From the NCBI GenBank assembly GCA_037481835.1, contig JBBFKW010000008.1, positions 32,001 to 96,000 on the forward strand: DNA of 64,000 nt, written 5' to 3'. The translations under genes were made by a program, and so were the position numbers. The notes below the pieces were generated by a model. That model ran no database searches and was not told the DNA's origin. It saw nothing but the letters and a program-made list of their open reading frames with translations. This DNA comes from Desulfosoma sp. (GTDB lineage Bacteria; Desulfobacterota; Syntrophobacteria; Syntrophobacterales; DSM-9756). Positions 62,905-64,000 of this stretch are shown here, piece after piece (position 1 is the stretch's first letter; every line of letters begins with the position of its first letter).

Positions 62905-63195
62905 TCAGAAGGTGAAGTCCACGGCGATGATCTGCTCGCACATGGCTCGGACCAATTCCAGGACTTTCACATGGTCCGGATGGCTTTGATAGCGCTTGAG
63001 GGCTTCCATGTCCTTGAAACTGGAAACCAACGCAAAGTCGAAGGACCGTTCCGAATGCACGATGTCACGGCCGAAATCGTAGGAAAGAATTTCCGGGATG
63101 GCCCCGGGGAGCCGATCCAGCCCTTGCTCCAGTTGGGTGATGTCCGATTCGCCGATGCCGGGCTTGAATTTCATCACGACCACATGCTTGATCAT
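62905..63195 (-). CDS. Dabb family (stress-responsive A/B barrel) protein
   Basis: MIKHVVVMKFK, FDFALVSSF, YQSHPDH, AVDF. Confidence 0.88.
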   Translation of the reverse strand: MIKHVVVMKFKPGIGESDITQLEQGLDRLPGAIPEILSYDFGRDIVHSERSFDFALVSSFKDMEALKRYQSHPDHVKVLELVRAMCEQIIAVDFTF

Positions 63196-63272
63196 GCCGT
63201 CCTCCGTTTTTTCGAGTGCTCAGATGATGGCAGAAGCGCCCCCTTGCCCCACCGACGGCGCGGATGCCGCCC

Positions 63273-64000
63273 TTAACCCATCGTTTTGCTCTCCCGCAAT
63301 CGCCTCACGTCACCGATGCGGATGGTGAGCCGCTGCCCGTCGAAGTATTCCAGAAGGGGGATGGTGTACTTGCGGCTGGCCTGAGTCATTTCCTTGAACT
63401 GGGCCGCTGAGATTTCTCCGTGCTCGTTTAAAAATGCCACGAGCCGTTCCTGCAAATCGGCGATGGCGTCCGCGTGAAAGAAAAGATCTTCCTTCACCTT
63501 GACCAGCCGCCCTTGATTGAGCATCCATTCCAGCACGTCCTTGTGTCGGCGCGCCGTTCCCGGAAGATCGGCAGCCACATCCTTGAAAAACGGTGGCTGC
63601 AGCCATGCCTTTCGATAAATCTCTTCAAGCCGCTCTCGGATCGCCTTCTCCTCGGGGCTCAAATCCCCCTTGTGTCCCTCCAGCCGCACCCATTCCTTTT
63701 CCATGACGACGATCCCGTCGTCCGCCAAACGCCGCAAGACGGAATGGAGCAGCTTGGGGTCCACGGGCCGATCCGTCTGGGCGGGGATTTCCTCCTTGGG
63801 CATGCCGGGCTTCAAAGGATTCTTGGCGTGGTAGGCTTCGAGGATGGCCGTCACGTTGGCCTGGAGCGTCCTTAAGGATTCGGGGTCGATAAACCGGCGG
63901 TTTTCGCGGTCGTAGAGCACGGCTTTCTTCTGGTTGAGGAGCATGTCCAAGGCGTCGGTAAAGGCCTTGCCGGAAAGGTTTGCCCGAATGTGCAGTTCCT
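63273..64000 (-). CDS. selB: Selenocysteine-specific elongation factor, C-terminal winged-helix part (truncated by the window edge)
   Basis: YHAKNPLKPGMPKEE, LVKVKEDLFFH, SRKYTIPLLEYFD..T.R.GD.R. Confidence 0.9.
   Translation of the reverse strand, partial: ELHIRANLSGKAFTDALDMLLNQKKAVLYDRENRRFIDPESLRTLQANVTAILEAYHAKNPLKPGMPKEEIPAQTDRPVDPKLLHSVLRRLADDGIVVMEKEWVRLEGHKGDLSPEEKAIRERLEEIYRKAWLQPPFFKDVAADLPGTARRHKDVLEWMLNQGRLVKVKEDLFFHADAIADLQERLVAFLNEHGEISAAQFKEMTQASRKYTIPLLEYFDGQRLTIRIGDVRRLRESKTMG

Noticed and set aside
1..64000. tRNA/rRNA genes, prophage, transposases, anti-phage defence systems
   Set aside because: None recognised by eye; nearly all coding space is explained by metabolic and housekeeping genes

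Overview
GC-rich bacterial chromosomal window. Gene content (Hdr/Mvh-like redox genes, SelB, sigma54 regulators, class III CoA-transferases, ADP-forming acyl-CoA ligase) suggests an anaerobic Desulfobacterota/Syntrophobacterales-like organism; this is an inference. It holds about 50 protein-coding genes: a tusA-mvhD-hdrA-hdrA-wHTH operon with a divergent dsrE-like gene, an Old Yellow Enzyme, a lipid-modification cluster (FAD oxidoreductase, DUF1365-CFA-synthase fusion, DUF1295, DUF2177, MFS), a TetR-regulated RND pump, a GltD/NuoG-like fusion behind a PAS kinase and receiver, an acyl-CoA ligase/TRAP operon, fabD, aroF with a tyrA-aroB fusion, rplM-rpsI-argC-truA-aminotransferase, a CoA-transferase pair, a liv ABC transporter, trpF with 3-aminosugar genes, rarA with a sigma54 two-component pair, an acyl-CoA carboxyltransferase and the 3' end of selB. 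I saw no rRNA, tRNA, CRISPR array, transposase or phage genes. The most notable signals are: (1) a 28-aa leader peptide missing from the ORF track, containing FYFYYGWYY and followed by two tandem terminators upstream of aroF, which looks like an attenuator sensing all three aromatic amino acids; (2) an HdrA/MvhD module with no adjacent HdrBC, linked to the sulfur carriers TusA and DsrE; (3) a UfaD/UfaO/UfaM-like lipid cluster in an apparent anaerobe, with an antisense gene embedded in it; (4) several unusual fusions and domain swaps; (5) MITE/REP-type repeats. All family assignments come from motif recognition by eye, not database searches.
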